Positions 1 to 13,737 of a stretch of DNA of 64,000 nucleotides are shown here, piece by piece (positions within the stretch are counted from its first letter, which is position 1; every line of letters begins with the position of its first letter). The notes under the pieces are model-generated. The model was not told where the DNA came from, did no database searches, and was given only the letters and a program-made list of their open reading frames with translations. The translations under genes and the position numbers were made by a program. The stretch is from Octopus sinensis (lineage: Eukaryota): the NCBI RefSeq assembly GCF_006345805.1, contig NC_042999.1, positions 86,056,001 through 86,120,000 on the forward strand, in the 5' to 3' direction.

Positions 1-590
1 ATGTTAGCTGTGTAAAACTAAGAGTGAAAACATCAACCATATTAATGCCAAAAGTAAGAGAATGTCTTCTAGAACATTCTGGAACAAGAAAGAAAACATA
101 AGAGAAAAATAACAGACGAAGTAGACTATATTGAGCCTGATGGGTCAAAATAATATTGGTGGAACTTAAAAATTAATACAACCACTAAATTAAAAGACAA
201 CCGGGCAGATATTGTTGTGTGGGCCCACAAGAAGGAACACGTTCTCTTGTGGAAATCAGTTCTGGACACCGATGTGGTCAGTAAAATACAATAGAAAGAG
301 AACATTTATTGACCATTGATAAGTAGTTTGCAAATCCAGTACCCAAGTTACACTTTCAGATTTATACCAATTATTATTGGAGCAACAAGATAAGAACTAA
401 CTGCCCGGAGCAAAGTTTGGTCGAACTTCGGTTACTGAAGAGAGAATGCAACATCTCAATTCATAGACTACAAACGACCATAATATCTAGGGCAATAAAA
501 ATCTGTAAGTTTCTTATGATTTAAGGGATGATGAACAAAAGAAGATACTTTCCTTCACAAACTTGCTACGAAGCAGGTGGGCGGTTAGAT
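1..590 (+). mobile_element. 3' part of a degenerate RLE-type non-LTR retrotransposon (R4/Dong-like)
   Basis: Broken frames give C.LCKTKSENINHI (CCHC remnant), YWWNLKI...RADIVVW (RLE PD-motif region), FIPIIIGA and IKICKFLMI*, followed by a short 3' UTR and a CATA/CA microsatellite. Confidence 0.75.
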
Positions 591-1015
591 TTAATTCTGA
601 ATTTAAAAGGGAAAAAGAACATACATACATATATTGATAGATTCATACATGCGCACTCATACACATATACAGAGACACGTGGACACGTACATATATATAT
701 ATGTACACACACACACACACACACACATAACATATATATATATATATTTATACCTATTGCATATAAATGTATGTATACACACACATATATACACGTGTGT
801 ACACACACGCACACATATATACACACATACATATATATATATAATATACACACAAATACACACAACATGTACATGCATACCCGCACACATATATACTAAC
901 ATATATGTAGCTATATGATATATATTCTATGCATAGTTACACATGTAACATAATACATGTACACATATACATGTCTATGTATGCATGCATGCATGCTTGT
1001 ATGTATGAATGTATA
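590..1015. repeat. Compound (CA)n/(TA)n/(CATA)n microsatellite
   Basis: Directly visible; source of several spurious His/Thr/Ile/Tyr ORFs. Confidence 0.95.
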
Positions 1016-1861
1016 TGCTAGATAGGTATGAGGTTGCCGATGTATTTATTTTTTAGTGTCAGAAGGAGCTGCAGAAGAGAAGGGTGTATATATATACTGT
1101 TAGTCTGATCAGGGGTTAACCATAAAGATATTCATTTTCAATGTGTTTAACTATATAGCAAACACGTACCCTTTGAAAATGTGGGTAGTTTTGCGCCACC
1201 CATAAGTTTGTAATGAATGGGTTTCTCTGAATAGATCGTGTAACCGAATCTTGTCAGAGGTCATGACCCTTGATAGCTTTAGAGAGCAAACAGAGAGGTA
1301 GAAAAAGAAATTTTAGATGTCAATAGTAAAAAAAGAAACACACACAAAATATCTATAATAGCCCCATAACAACAACAACAACAACTACAAAACAACAAAA
1401 GGAATAAAGTTTTAAAGGCAAGAAAAGGAAGTTAGTCTGGTAGTTGAATCCAGAGAATACTTTCAAGGCATAAAGAAAAATAAAAGGAGGAAAAAAAAAA
1501 CCCAAGCAAAACACATTGTGAGTATGCTAAAACTGTTTCCGTAACGGCTCCTTCCCCTTCCAATGTTTTTAAATGTTTGTTTGACTTGATTTCATTTCTT
1601 ATTTACTCTAAAGTCAAGGCACTTAATGACTAAGAATAAGTTATCACTTTAAATCACGTCATACTTTCAATAAAAAAACTAAAAAAAAAAAGTTTATCGT
1701 TTTCCTTATACATTAGTGCTGACCCCAACATCCTAACCTACATCTAAAAACAAAGAAGCAGTCAGATCCTTCATACCTGTCACGTGATAAAACTACAAAT
1801 AATAGTATTTTTCACTCGGGTTTCCGGTATATTTGGTGCTGATAAATATCTTAGTGACAGA

Positions 1862-1961
1862 NNNNNNNNNNNNNNNNNNNNNNNNNNNNNNNNNNNNNNN
1901 NNNNNNNNNNNNNNNNNNNNNNNNNNNNNNNNNNNNNNNNNNNNNNNNNNNNNNNNNNNNN
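1862..1961. other. Assembly gap (100 N)
   Basis: Run of exactly 100 N, a typical scaffolding placeholder of unknown true size. Confidence 0.99.
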
Positions 1962-2029
1962 AAAAGCAGAATAAGAACAGGAAAAGCAGTTTTAGAGTTT
2001 TGTTTATCAATACACGTACATAAAAAAAT

Positions 2030-3050
2030 GTCGAGGAATTTTATTCCCAGTGATAAAAGTTCAGAGTAATTGTAACAGAACCTGCTTGGATAAATCAGAT
2101 GACAATAACGGAGAAATTAGTAAGGGGAGGGTATAGTAATGTAGAAAAATGTGAGGGTAAGGTGATGTAGAAGAATGAGACGGTATGGTAATGCATAAAA
2201 TTTAAACGGAAGTCTTGTATAAAGATTACAATATTAATTAAAAGAAAAATATTTAGTAGATTACTTCATTTCAGCTTTTTTAATCTCCTTTTCCTCTGAG
2301 CCCCACTTGAAGCATTTTATAGTTTGATTTGGCGTAAGAAAATTGTTTATACAGACTTATTTCAAATGTACCCAAAAAAGACCTATATCAATTCAAATAT
2401 TTTATCCGAGTTTAATACAAGCTCTCTTGTAATATATTTAGCATGCAGGGTATTTTTCTTTCAGAAATTACTTTGAAGGGAAGGCGAAGTTCACACAATC
2501 TTTGTAGGCCTTCTTAAATTGGTGAGCTAGAAGAGAGAAATAGGAGGGAGAAAGAAAAGAAGAAAGAGAAAGAGAATGCAAGAGAGAGTTCTTTGCTATT
2601 TTGAAGAAGAAAAATTATTTAGAGGCAATTTCTGTCTCAGAAGAAAAAGGCTATTTTATCGATATTCTCTGGCATCAAGATGACCAGAGATTGTGAAGGT
2701 TAGCATACGTAAAGTTAGTGGAGGTTTTTGTTGTGAGATGTCTCTGAGTAGAGATGGTGTGGTGTAGTAAGTGATTTTTTTATTATATGGGAAGGGATTG
2801 TGTCTTTGTGCTGTTGAATGGAATCAGGTTGTCATGCATTAAATGGTTGATGATTTCAAGGTGTTTGTGAATAGATGTAGTGCAAGTCAAGCGTGAGGTG
2901 TCTATGTTGTGCGTCGATTATGCCTGTACGTGAAGTATGGAAAGAGTGAAGATGACATAAGCATCATAAATATAATCGACTCTAGACATGTGCCGACACT
3001 ACCTTGTAATGGGAAGTCAGACAGCAATTTAGAGGTCAAGAGATCTTTTC
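2030..3050 (-). mobile_element. Degenerate APE-type LINE (Jockey/CR1/L2-like) RT C-terminal fragment
   Basis: Minus-strand broken frames resemble post-YADD RT sequence (NL..FNSTKTQSL) and the distal WN.LP motif near 2040. Confidence 0.5.
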
Positions 3051-3699
3051 ACACTTTTTTTGGCTTTTCCGATGGTCACCGGTAATCTGAGAAAAACCTC
3101 CCAGTCGATAATGGTAGGGATTTTCCTATAGGATTTATGGGTTATCTGCATAACTTACAAAACGGAGTACATCTGCAGGTGAACTACCTGTGGCAATTTG
3201 GTAGTGATACAAAGGTGGGATTTGAACCCGGAAAGTAAATGGGCGTAATGAAATAAATACTAGATAGTAATTACTTGTTACTCCATCGTTCCTCTCACTC
3301 CATCATAGTGACACATTTATCAAGGCGCGATAATTGAAAGTATATTAATATAAGTGTATGAATAATATTAGTATATGAATATAAAGTGGTGTCTTTAACA
3401 AAATATTCGGCATGCATATAAACCAACAAAAATAGATTGCTATTTTTTTCTTAAAAAAGACAGGAACGCGTTGCACTGTCAAAAATGTAAATGGGGAATT
3501 ATTTAAGTATACAAATACTAGAGAACAATGAAAAATAACATTGTAAAATTCCACTTAACAGAGCAACACCATCATAGATTACAAAGATTATAGGAGAATA
3601 TGACCTTCTTATAGATGACTGACATACACATTTAAAAAGTAAGTGAAACCATTAAACAATTATGAAAATTACAAAGCATCAGGGTGAAGTTGCTCAAAA

Positions 3700-4200
3700 G
3701 TTGCTGACAACTGGTGTAAACCATACACCAATATAGCTTACTATGTTATTCAACAAAAAAATTTCTTGGTTATGTTAAGAATACGTGGTACCATAAAAGG
3801 TCATCAGAGATTATAAAGTTTAGCACTTTGTAGTAATGTCATATTTCAGCTGTTTTGTTTATGATTGTGAGGATAGAAGCAATGGGTTTATTTTCTTTTG
3901 TGTTTAGTGTTGAAGATGTCAAGTCACTCTTCTAGGATATATCTTAAGTTTGTGTTCATGGGGTATATAAAGCGTAGTGATAGGTGATGTGTGTAGATGG
4001 CGTCAAAGTATGAGATTAGAGGTGATGACAAATTGCTAGTTAAGAGCCCGCAGAAGATTTATAAAAGCTTAGAGAAAGACGCATATGTGAAAAGTCCGCA
4101 GCCTTTAAGTGCGATGTTTTGTCAGAAGGTTCTCAAGCCAGAGATAATCGCAGGCTTTATTAATATCAAGAGTAAGAGATTACTGGTGTATGACGCCTAA
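3700..4200 (-). mobile_element. Degenerate LINE RT fragment (Jockey/CR1/L2-like)
   Basis: Minus frame TLDINKACDYLWLENLLTKH matches RT motif LDISKAFD.VWH..LL.K. Confidence 0.6.
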
Positions 4201-4944
4201 GAAAAGATCACAAATAGAATATTAAAAAAAACCCCAAAAAACCCCAAAAAACAAAAAAACACTGATTGTTATTGAGAAGAGAAAGATAGTGATGTTGGTG
4301 AAGTTAATGATCATCTATGACCTTTTATATTGCCTTTGAGGAATTAGAAGTGTTACAGATATTAAGATCTTGGTCACCGAATTTCCTTGATGCTTAATTA
4401 GCTTGTGTAAGAAGGAAGTAAAGCAAGACACAATTTTGTGAGACTAGGAACAAATACAGAAACAAATGCACCTATTCAGTACAATACCTGTGGTGCGGAT
4501 AATGAATTTCAGAAAAAAGTATCTTTGAGTTTGTGCGTGAAAGATAGAATTTTAGGTCGCATTGTCTTTCGATAGAGCTATACGAAATGATGTGTAGATA
4601 AAATCGCATTCTGCCTAATTACTGAACCAGTATAGCATCCACTAATTCATTGATAATCGATTCTTCAATGTTTTGAGAAGCACTTGTTATTGGTTTTCGA
4701 GGCCTTTAGGAAAGGCATGAACAACGTTACCTCAATTAACCGAAGGAGAAAAGTATGTAGAAATAGACCTTTGCAAATACTTGTCTAGAGTTATATATCC
4801 ATCGACATTGCTAAGTTAATTGCCAATATCGGATTGTTAAGCGTATAGAATGCACACACTTTTACAAACACATACACAGATACACACAGACAACCACCTC
4901 CATGTGTATACACACACATGCTCTTACGCATACACACAGATACG

Positions 4945-4997
<53 letters not shown>

Positions 4998-5854
4998 AAA
5001 GCTCATTCTTGCCTACGATTTGATTAACAAGAGTCTGCTTTGTGTTTCAATAAATAATCAGTCTGTTTTACTGATCAGTGACGTGTACGGACTATATAAA
5101 TACAGTTAACATTTCAGAAGTATACACATTAAAACTGAATGTGATGCAGACAACAAGAACTGGTGCGCAAGGATAAATATTTTGGTTAAAAGATTACACA
5201 TTTTAAAAATGAGTGATGACATTTGATTGAACTTCTTCTCAACTAAGATTCAGTGTGAGGCTGATGATATGGATGGGAACACACACACACTCACACGCGC
5301 ACATGCATCGAGGAGGCATTGATATGCTGAATGATGTGTGTAAAACATATTAATAAATTGAAATTTGCTTCTCAGAGAAAAAGAGATATGTAAGCCTGGT
5401 AGCAATTGTTGAAAACGGACAGTGAGTAAAGGTCTTTTCAAGATATCAAGAATTAATTTTCAGAAATTGATAAATATGTAACGTATGTTTGCAAGCGTTT
5501 ATATATGTATGCATGTATGTGTGTATGTATGCATGTATGTATATAGAAGGATAGACGAATGTGTCTTTCTGCGCACATACATAAATACGTATGTGTATGT
5601 ATGTATGTGTGTATGTAGACACACACATACACATATATACACACATACATGTACATGTAACACATATATATTAGCATCGAGTTTGCAGAGTTGTTAGAGC
5701 ATCAGGTCGGATGTCTTGGAGTATTTGTTCCACTCTCTTGTTTCGGAGTTCATATATTGCTCCCTCTCACAACATATATAAATATATATAGACGGAAACT
5801 GAAAGAAGCCCGTCGTATATATGTATATATATATATGTGTGTGTGTATGTTTAT

Positions 5855-5995
5855 GTGTCTGTGTTTGTCCCCCCAACATCGCTTGACAACCGATGGTGGT
5901 GTGTTTACGTCCGCGTAACTTAGCGGTTCGGCAAAATACACCGATAGAATAAGTACTAGGTTCCCAAAGAATAAGTCTTAGGGTCGATTTACATT
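5855..5995 (+). mobile_element. SINE 3'/central fragment (third family)
   Basis: CCGATGGTGGTGTGTTTACGTCCGCGTAACTTAGCGGTTCGGCAAAA...GATAGAATAAGTACTAGG...GGGTCGAT shares the ATAAGTAC..GGGTCGAT core of the family-A SINEs. Confidence 0.55.
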
Positions 5996-6046
5996 AATTT
6001 ATCCATGATGCTGGACAGTTTAACGAAACCCATATCTATGTGTTGT

Positions 6047-6352
6047 GGAGACACAATGGTACAGTGGTTAGGACAGCAGACTCGCGGTCGGAGGATCGTG
6101 GTTTCGATTCCCAGACTGGGCGTTGCATGTGTTTATTGAGCGAAAACACCTAAAAGCTCCACGAGGCTCCGGCAGGGGTGGTGGCGACCCCTGTTGTACT
6201 CTTTCGCCACAACTTTCTCTCACTCTCTCTTCCTGTTTCTTTAGTAACGCTGCGATAGTCTGGCGTCCCGTCCAGCTGTGGGGGAACACATACGCCACAG
6301 AAACCGGGAAACCGGGCCCATGAGCCTGGCTAGGCTTGAAAAGGGCGACGTT
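6047..6352 (+). mobile_element. tRNA-derived SINE (family B)
   Basis: Pol III A box TGGTACAGTGG (6057-6067) and B box GTTTCGATTCC (6101-6111); head shared with copies at 24054, 37395 and 42117. Confidence 0.85.
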
Positions 6353-6519
6353 TATCGTTTATATATGTGTTAGTGAAGCAAACCTCTCTTAATCACTCAG
6401 CTATGCTTGCGCGGGCAAATTCTTTTTATAAATATATTTTGAAAGGAGTATCTTCAAAGCAACCACCGTTTTGAGTCTTGCTTTTCATTTCTGGCAGTTT
6501 ATAGAATATTTTCTCAGCT

Positions 6520-6720
6520 ACCGTATTTTCTGGCACATAAATCCAATTTTTCAGACAGAAATTTAGAGCCAAAAATTGAAGGTCGACTTTTACACCAAGA
6601 CGACTTTGGAAGACCAAAAATTCCACGTGAAATGCAGCAGGATTTGGAAAGATAGTAACGATGTTTGACTGTTTACACTATATACTACATCGCCCTGTAT
6701 GCCGGAAACACAGTATTTCG
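6520..6720 (+). mobile_element. Non-autonomous DNA transposon fragment (Tc2/pogo-like), copy 1
   Basis: TACCGTATTTTCTGGCA...GCAGGATTTGGAAAG is repeated in the same orientation at 16157-16340; the start resembles Tc2/pogo-type TIRs. Confidence 0.5.
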
Positions 6721-7711
6721 TCTATATAGGAATAAAAATAAAAGACACACACACACACACAAAAACAAGCAAGTAACATGAACAGCTCACATTATCTGCA
6801 ATTTCGTTTAAGATAGTCATACGACTACTACTATTTCTAAATTATTGATGGCCAGTTTTCACATGTATGAAACTTCATATTATTTAAAAACACAACAAAC
6901 GTTGGTGTGTTAATTCTATAGTTATACCTTTCTACTCGAAAACAAATGTAATATGTATTTAACTATATGTAAATTATTTAAAATTATTCTGTAACAAATT
7001 TCATCAAACTAACCTTTAATTATTTCACTTACAATAATTTCTTGTTCAGAATCATTACTTGATAGTTTAGTATTTAATTTAATCATTAATAACTTTATAA
7101 TCTAATTATCAACTAATAGTCTTCAAATAGTTAGACTTCATTTTATTCTAATAATAATGCTGTTTCGCGTTTAATTCCCTTTATAATTGTTTTAAAGAAA
7201 TCGAGTACTTAGCCATACATATATAGATACACACACACACATACATAAAAACAGACATAATATATACATGCATAATTACATACATATTTACATACATATA
7301 CGGGCGCACACATAAGTGTGTGTTCTATTCTTAAATAAATAAATAAATAGAAATTGGATTACAATCCACAGTAGTTTACTTGTGCGCAACGATATTGTTT
7401 TGCATTTGGTCGATAGGTCACACGATGCAAGTCTATGGAACTCCTAGTGGAATAAATAATCGAATAATAAGCCCAAACCGAGTTTCAGAGTCCTGCGAGA
7501 AGAAATACCAAACATTTCACCGTCGTCGGCCACTACCAATCTCTTCTAATCTTAGCGATTATATTTGAATAAATAATAATCCACTAAGTAGTTTCATGAG
7601 AAGCGTGAAATAACAGTTAATGGAAAAAGAAAGAAAGAAATTTAATAGATCAACAAAGGATATTAAATTAGACTAAAACGAGGAAAGAAAGAGAACAGAG
7701 CATAAGGAATT

Positions 7712-7752
<41 letters not shown>

Positions 7753-7764
7753 TCGCACTCGTAC

Positions 7765-7822
<58 letters not shown>

Positions 7823-7849
7823 GCGTAGACGAAGAAAAGGTCAAGAGAG

Positions 7850-9240
7850 ACTGCCCGGTCTTTGAGTTGTCAAAAACTTTCCCGTGGCTGCCTCGTTGAC
7901 AATGTCTGCTGGAAGGAAATTCCCAAATCTGATAGTTTACGAGTTATACATCAAGGGTATTTCTTCCTCTTGTTGGGAATATGACGACTTGATAGATAGC
8001 TGCTCCGGTAACTGGTGGGTGGGTGATGGGTTTTGGTTCTGATGACGCTAAGCTTTGCTTCGTTAGATGAGTAGACTTCCTCGGCTGTCAAGCATTTCCT
8101 AAAAATGATTTCAACCCCACACCAACCATGTTTGAGATCTTTACGGAAACAAGTATGTAATTCCGGCAAAGAATTGTGGTCTTTGATGTTGAGGGAGAGT
8201 TGTGACTCTCTTCCAATTAACACGTCAATGCTTTTGTAGTTTGTAGTTTTCGTCGGATTATTTTGTGCTGATTCCCATGTAGACGGTATCTTTTGTGATT
8301 GAATTTGGTCTCAAGTTCTGCGTTTTCTACAGAATGAAGCAGCACGTTGAAAATATCTTCTGGTGTTTCTGATTTTTTAAAATTAACGGATGAAGTAATT
8401 TGATGTTGGTTAATTACAGAGGTTCCCTAGCAATGTTAGTTGATGCCTGACATCACTTATAAGATGTTCTTACTTCGCTTACAGTTCTATGCTTACGATG
8501 TTTGTAGGCGAAATCAAACGTTATATTTTAAATCTCCTTAGCAGTTCTTTTGTAGTTTTATGGCAAATTTGTATCGTTAATGATATTCATTTAGATTCAA
8601 ATATATTCTTTTTTCTTTGTAGCAAATGTGATTAGCAGTCCGGGAGCCAATGAAGCATAAAAAGTACATGATTTCATGTTGAGTGTTTCAAGCTAATAAG
8701 TTTGAAGTATAGTTCCAGGGAAAAGGATCCACTTTGTTTTGTAATTTGTTTAGTAAATTGTTATTCTATTTATTTCTCATTTTGCTGGTTTCAAAAGAAT
8801 TTTGCTATGAATAATTTGGAATAATTTTACATGGTTGTTTCTTTCATTGTCTCAACTGGTAAATTAGAACTACTACATCGAGGAATTATTATTGATTACT
8901 TTAATTGTTTCTAGAGCACACACTCGTGATATTCGGTTGTATTGCCTTATTTCAACAATGTCCTGACACTACTACGTCATCTCAGGAAATTTGGTATTTT
9001 CCCTGAGTGTAAATCCGACGAATTTTACAATTTCAAACGATTTTGGAGTCTCCACTTGCATACAATCTCATTTCTCCTTTTGAGAAAACATGTTTACGCG
9101 ATGAGATTGTCATTTTTTTCTCTCTTAACAACCGAGATGAACACTTCCCAAAACTATTATTATTACCCAGCCGGATATTGTTGTTTGGGACAGAGGAGCA
9201 AAGGTATGTACCATCATAGAGGTCAGCTGCTGTGCAAGTA
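7850..9240 (-). mobile_element. Highly degenerate Penelope-like element (RT + GIY-YIG remnants)
   Basis: Minus frames give a DDVVV (YxDD-like) remnant near 8970 and a GIY-YIG C-terminal-like stretch (WESA...NYKSIDVLI...SLNIK) at 8150-8300; many stops. Confidence 0.4.
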
Positions 9241-9247
9241 TAAATAT

Positions 9248-9293
<46 letters not shown>

Positions 9294-9309
9294 TACAAAC
9301 ATACATACA

Positions 9310-9445
9310 CACTGCCTAAATACCAGTCTTGAGAAATTAGGCTTCTCAAAACCAGAAAGAAGAAAGCTAATTCGAAGACTACAGATATAATCCATCACTG
9401 TAATTGTAAAATTCTGTAAAACTTTCCAGAAGTTTATCATTTAAA
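9310..9445 (+). mobile_element. 5'-truncated 3' end of an RLE LINE (same family as 1-590)
   Basis: CLNTSLEKLGFSKPERRKLIRRLQI*SITVIVKFCKTFQKF parallels the C-terminus at about 400-520; starts right after a (CA)n(TACA)n tract. Confidence 0.7.
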
Positions 9446-9449
9446 TATA

Positions 9450-9950
9450 TATGAGCATGTCTAGATATGCTGAGAAATGTCTAGGGCTGGGAAATATTTC
9501 AGACTTAAAATTGTTGACACGCTATAAACCTCAAGTAAGGCTCATAATGAATTATTGTTACCACATGTGGTATGGTGCAGTTGATATCCTGGACTACGTC
9601 CAGAGAAGGGCTACTCGAATAACTGAAATTCAGACTCTAATGAACAGTCCCTGACTTTGGCCCACATACATGTTGTCTCCTCTTTCTGTCTTTTCCTTCT
9701 ACCTCTTTCTCTCAGGCACCCTCAACACACACATGTCTCCACCTCTGGCATTTCTTGTTGCCACTAGGCCTCGCAGTAACATTTATATTTAGTCCTACCT
9801 AACATAAACATTCAAAAATATCTTTCTTACCTATACATTTCCCGCATAGCAATTTACAGCAATTTAGATGCAATTACATCAATTTCACCGGTCTCGGAGG
9901 GCCTGTAAATTTGATGGGCACTGCCCCTTTCATCCAAACTCTGTAATCAT
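9450..9950 (+). mobile_element. 3' end of an APE-type LINE (Jockey/CR1/L2-like)
   Basis: YKPQVRLIMNYCYHMWYGA...LDYVQRRATR matches the post-RT motif YK..VRP.LEYC...W.GA...LD.VQRRA.R. Confidence 0.75.
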
Positions 9951-10663
9951 ATATATATATATATATATCTATATATATATATATACTCGCACACACACAT
10001 GCATTGATTTATGAATTAATTTCAAAGCAATACAATTCGTTGGAAAAATAAATAAAAAGCTTGTTTGACGGTTAGGATTTGATGGCCATAGTATTGTATG
10101 ATGGTCGTAGATTCCCTGCTCTTACTATGAAGAACAGGCTTAATTTCTAAGTCGATTTCCGATTTCCTTGGTGACTAAGAATACCAATACTGTTTTATGT
10201 CTCTTACTGTTTTGAAGTTTATCGTTATCGATTCCATGATTGTATCACCGTGAAATTTTCACATGTAAAAATATAAATTCTTAGAAAATTCGTTACCTTA
10301 TTCTATACACATGCAGATACACGCATATACACGCCTACATATCAACATACACATTCACACACACACATATATACATACAACATGCACAAACACTTAAAGG
10401 CCCAGTGAGTACCAAGGCACCAATATTATTTACGTATATCATCGATTCCCACTGTTCATTTCGTCTCAAATCATCAAATAAATGTTATTTTTTGGAAGTA
10501 TTCCCCAGAACATAACATTCAACGCGATAAGGGAAACTGGCTTAATTCAATACATATAAAAATGTATGGAGAAAAATAAATAGATAGGACGATGGACAGA
10601 TACGGAGACAGAGAAGGAGTAAGAGAGAAAGAGATAGATTGATAGATAGATAGATAGATAGAT

Positions 10664-10713
<50 letters not shown>

Positions 10714-10957
10714 AAGTAACAAAGGAAGAAAGAATGAATTTTTACATTTTATTCTGATAAAGCTAGAATTATCAAAGTTAATTAGTCTATTGTTTTTGTT
10801 AACAAGATGTAATTGTATTTTTGCCGTTAGATGTTAAATGAAAGGCTGAAAAATTATCTAGCTTCTGGAATAGCGCAGTAAACTAATAATAATAAAATAT
10901 ACAGTTGGGGTTCCAATAACAATTGTCTAAATAAAGAAATAACACCCACATTAATGA

Positions 10958-11022
<65 letters not shown>

Positions 11023-11120
11023 CACACACACACATATGTATATAAATGTTTCATATGTATAATGTATATACATATATACGTATGTATATCAATATATATA
11101 TATATATACACTGTGTGTGT

Positions 11121-11154
<34 letters not shown>

Positions 11155-11732
11155 AAGTATTTATATTCATGCAGTGATACCAAAGAAATAGTAAATAAAA
11201 AGGAAGAGCTTTTTTCGTCAGCAATTAACCTACTTATCATTCGAGGAACTTCAGGAAGTTGAAATGGTCTCCATATCTACTATAAAGGTATTAGGCTCCT
11301 TTTCCCTAGTTTCATATATTACACCTTCTATAGCATTGAACATAAATACCACAGGTCTTAGGGAATTGTTATTATCCAGAAATATAATTGTTTTTCTTAG
11401 GAATAATGGTTTCTTTAATTCGTCGATTAATTTCGATGTCTAAAATGTAATTTCTCAAATGATGTTCCTTTCAATGTTCTATTTATAAGCGCCCGTCCGT
11501 CCATTTATCGCTCCAGCCATCTATACGGTGTTCGTATGTTTTTTCTATCTTATGTCTGCTTTTGCATTTCTTGTTTTCATGTTTCATGTGTTCATGCTTT
11601 CATTTTGGGCGTATGCACATACTTTCAAGTTACGTTATTGAGAAATTAAGAAATTAATTGGATGTAAGAAACCGAGATTTCAATATTTGAATTGTAACAT
11701 CAAAGAAATAATTTTGTAATGTTTGAGTATAC

Positions 11733-11875
11733 AAAATGGCGAACTGACAGGGTAGTTAGGGCGTCAGAATGGACTTGCAGTATTTGTTCGAACTCTCTGC
11801 GAACCGAGTTCAAAACTCACTGAAACGAACTTTACTTTTCATCCTTTCGAGGTCGATAAAAAAGAGCCAATCTTA
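11733..11875 (+). mobile_element. SINE family A, partial
   Basis: GGCGAACTGACAG...GAGTTCAAA...CTTTTCATCCTTTCGAGGTCGATAAA core. Confidence 0.75.
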
Positions 11876-13165
11876 GGTGGTGAACAGACAGAACCATAGG
11901 AAAACATCGGTGGCGTAGAGAGAAGAGAGACTTGTATGCATGGACAACTGCTCGTCTGCCTCTAAATAATCTTGCCCAGTCTGCGCATATATGTGCAGGT
12001 ACATGATCAACCTTGCAAAGGAGCCCTATGCAAAGGAGCCCTATCCAAAGGGACTGCTAGAAAATTTGTAAAAGAAATATATGCTGTTCTCCACACAGGA
12101 GAAACTGAAATAAAAACAAAGAAATTTCTTTGAAAATAAATCCTTTTAGTTGATTACAGGCACTAAAAAGAAACTGCATTCATTTATGTTTGGCTGATAT
12201 TGACTGATGAGTGGTATTTGCTCAGCTCTGGTTGAACAGGTCTCTAGCTACATTTATCCTGTCTATCAATGTCCAACGTATCGTCTTTTTTTATGTAAAA
12301 CGGTATGGCGTGTCTTTGATGGAGATTGGATCACTATTTCTGAAAGTCTGGTCTACTGTTGTTTCGTATGCTTTACATTGACAAATGAAGGAAAACAGAG
12401 CTAAATATGATACTTTAATGTTGAAAATGGTTTAGATGCATTTAAACAGGGAAACTTGTGTTCAGAAACGGTGTGTTAACTTACGACGTGTTTAGCTGTT
12501 ACACTGAAGTGGAATAAAATATTTTTGAGGAACATTTCGTAGACAAGAGAAAAAGTTTCACAGGGAAAGGAAACTTACACCTGAATTCTAACAGACAAGA
12601 AGGAACGTATATTTCGATAGTTCAAGAAAGTGTTAAAATGTGGAAAGTGTGGAAATTGGTTTATCGATACTACTTTAACTTCTAATACAGCATACTACTT
12701 ATCATAATGCTCTAATTTGCATATGATCTATATCTCCAGTTTGCGCAACCTATATATTTATACAAACACCCCAGCACACACACATTCTGACTATAGTAGA
12801 ATTAATTTTCTAGGTCGTTCAATTTTTCTCAACTGATCAATAGGCTAGTTAAGTAAACTTACCAATAACGAACCTATAATGACTACCGGAAACAACTGTA
12901 AGTCAAATTTACTACGATAAAGAAAAATATGTAATGACCATTATTTATGCCTTGTCTTGTTTTTCACTAGGTAACTGGGGCACAACCATGGATTTACGAT
13001 ATAAAATGGCGATGAACTATAACCTCGGACCCTGCCACAAGAATACGCGGAGTTCTTTACTAAACAATATTGCTAGCCTGGTGTACTAACAGAGAAATTA
13101 TAAAGTATTTTGCCCGGCTTGATAATCCCTCCTATTAAAACTGTTATAATATATATATATATATA

Positions 13166-13737
13166 CGAGCTAAACGCCCCCGTCCAATGGACGGTGCTGA
13201 GTTGTCAAACATTTAAACCAAATTTTCTCAAAACAACTTGTGGACCGTCCCATAGGCCTCTCCTTTGAGAAACACTGAGTGCCACCTATATACAAACATA
13301 CTGCATATAACTCAACTAACATTAGAGTTGAAACTGGATAGTTCAAGAAAGTGTTAAAATGTGGAAAGTGTGGAAATTGGTTAATTGATACTACTTTAAC
13401 TCCTAATACGGCATACTACTTATCATAATGCTCTACTTTAGCCTAAATTTGAGACACCCGCAAAAGAAGAAATAAAGATAGACTTTTTCTATTCCAAAGA
13501 AAAACGATTTTATTCACACAAATATGCAACCGAAGAGTTTAAAGTACCAGTAAGTACATAGCAACAGCTGATGTACTTGCGCGTACAAATGCACGTTCCC
13601 ACGGCTTTATCGATCGCATTATCACCTGGATACCGTCGGTATCTACATATCAAATTTGAGCGCAATCGGATGGAGGATGCCCGAGATCCCAGAAGACACA
13701 CACACACAGACAGACAGAACGGATTTTATATAATAGA
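13166..13737 (-). mobile_element. Non-autonomous Helitron, copy 1
   Basis: On the minus strand it sits between A and T, starts TC(TATTATATAAAA), has an internal (GTCT)n/(GT)n tract, a perfect hairpin CCGTCC-N3-GGACGG (13180-13194) 14 nt from the end, and ends CTCG (near CTRR). Homologous to 28058-28433. Confidence 0.8.

Noticed and set aside
12005-12055. Short tandem GCAAAGGAGCCCTAT (about 2.3 copies)
   Set aside because: Ordinary small slippage duplication with no further structure.
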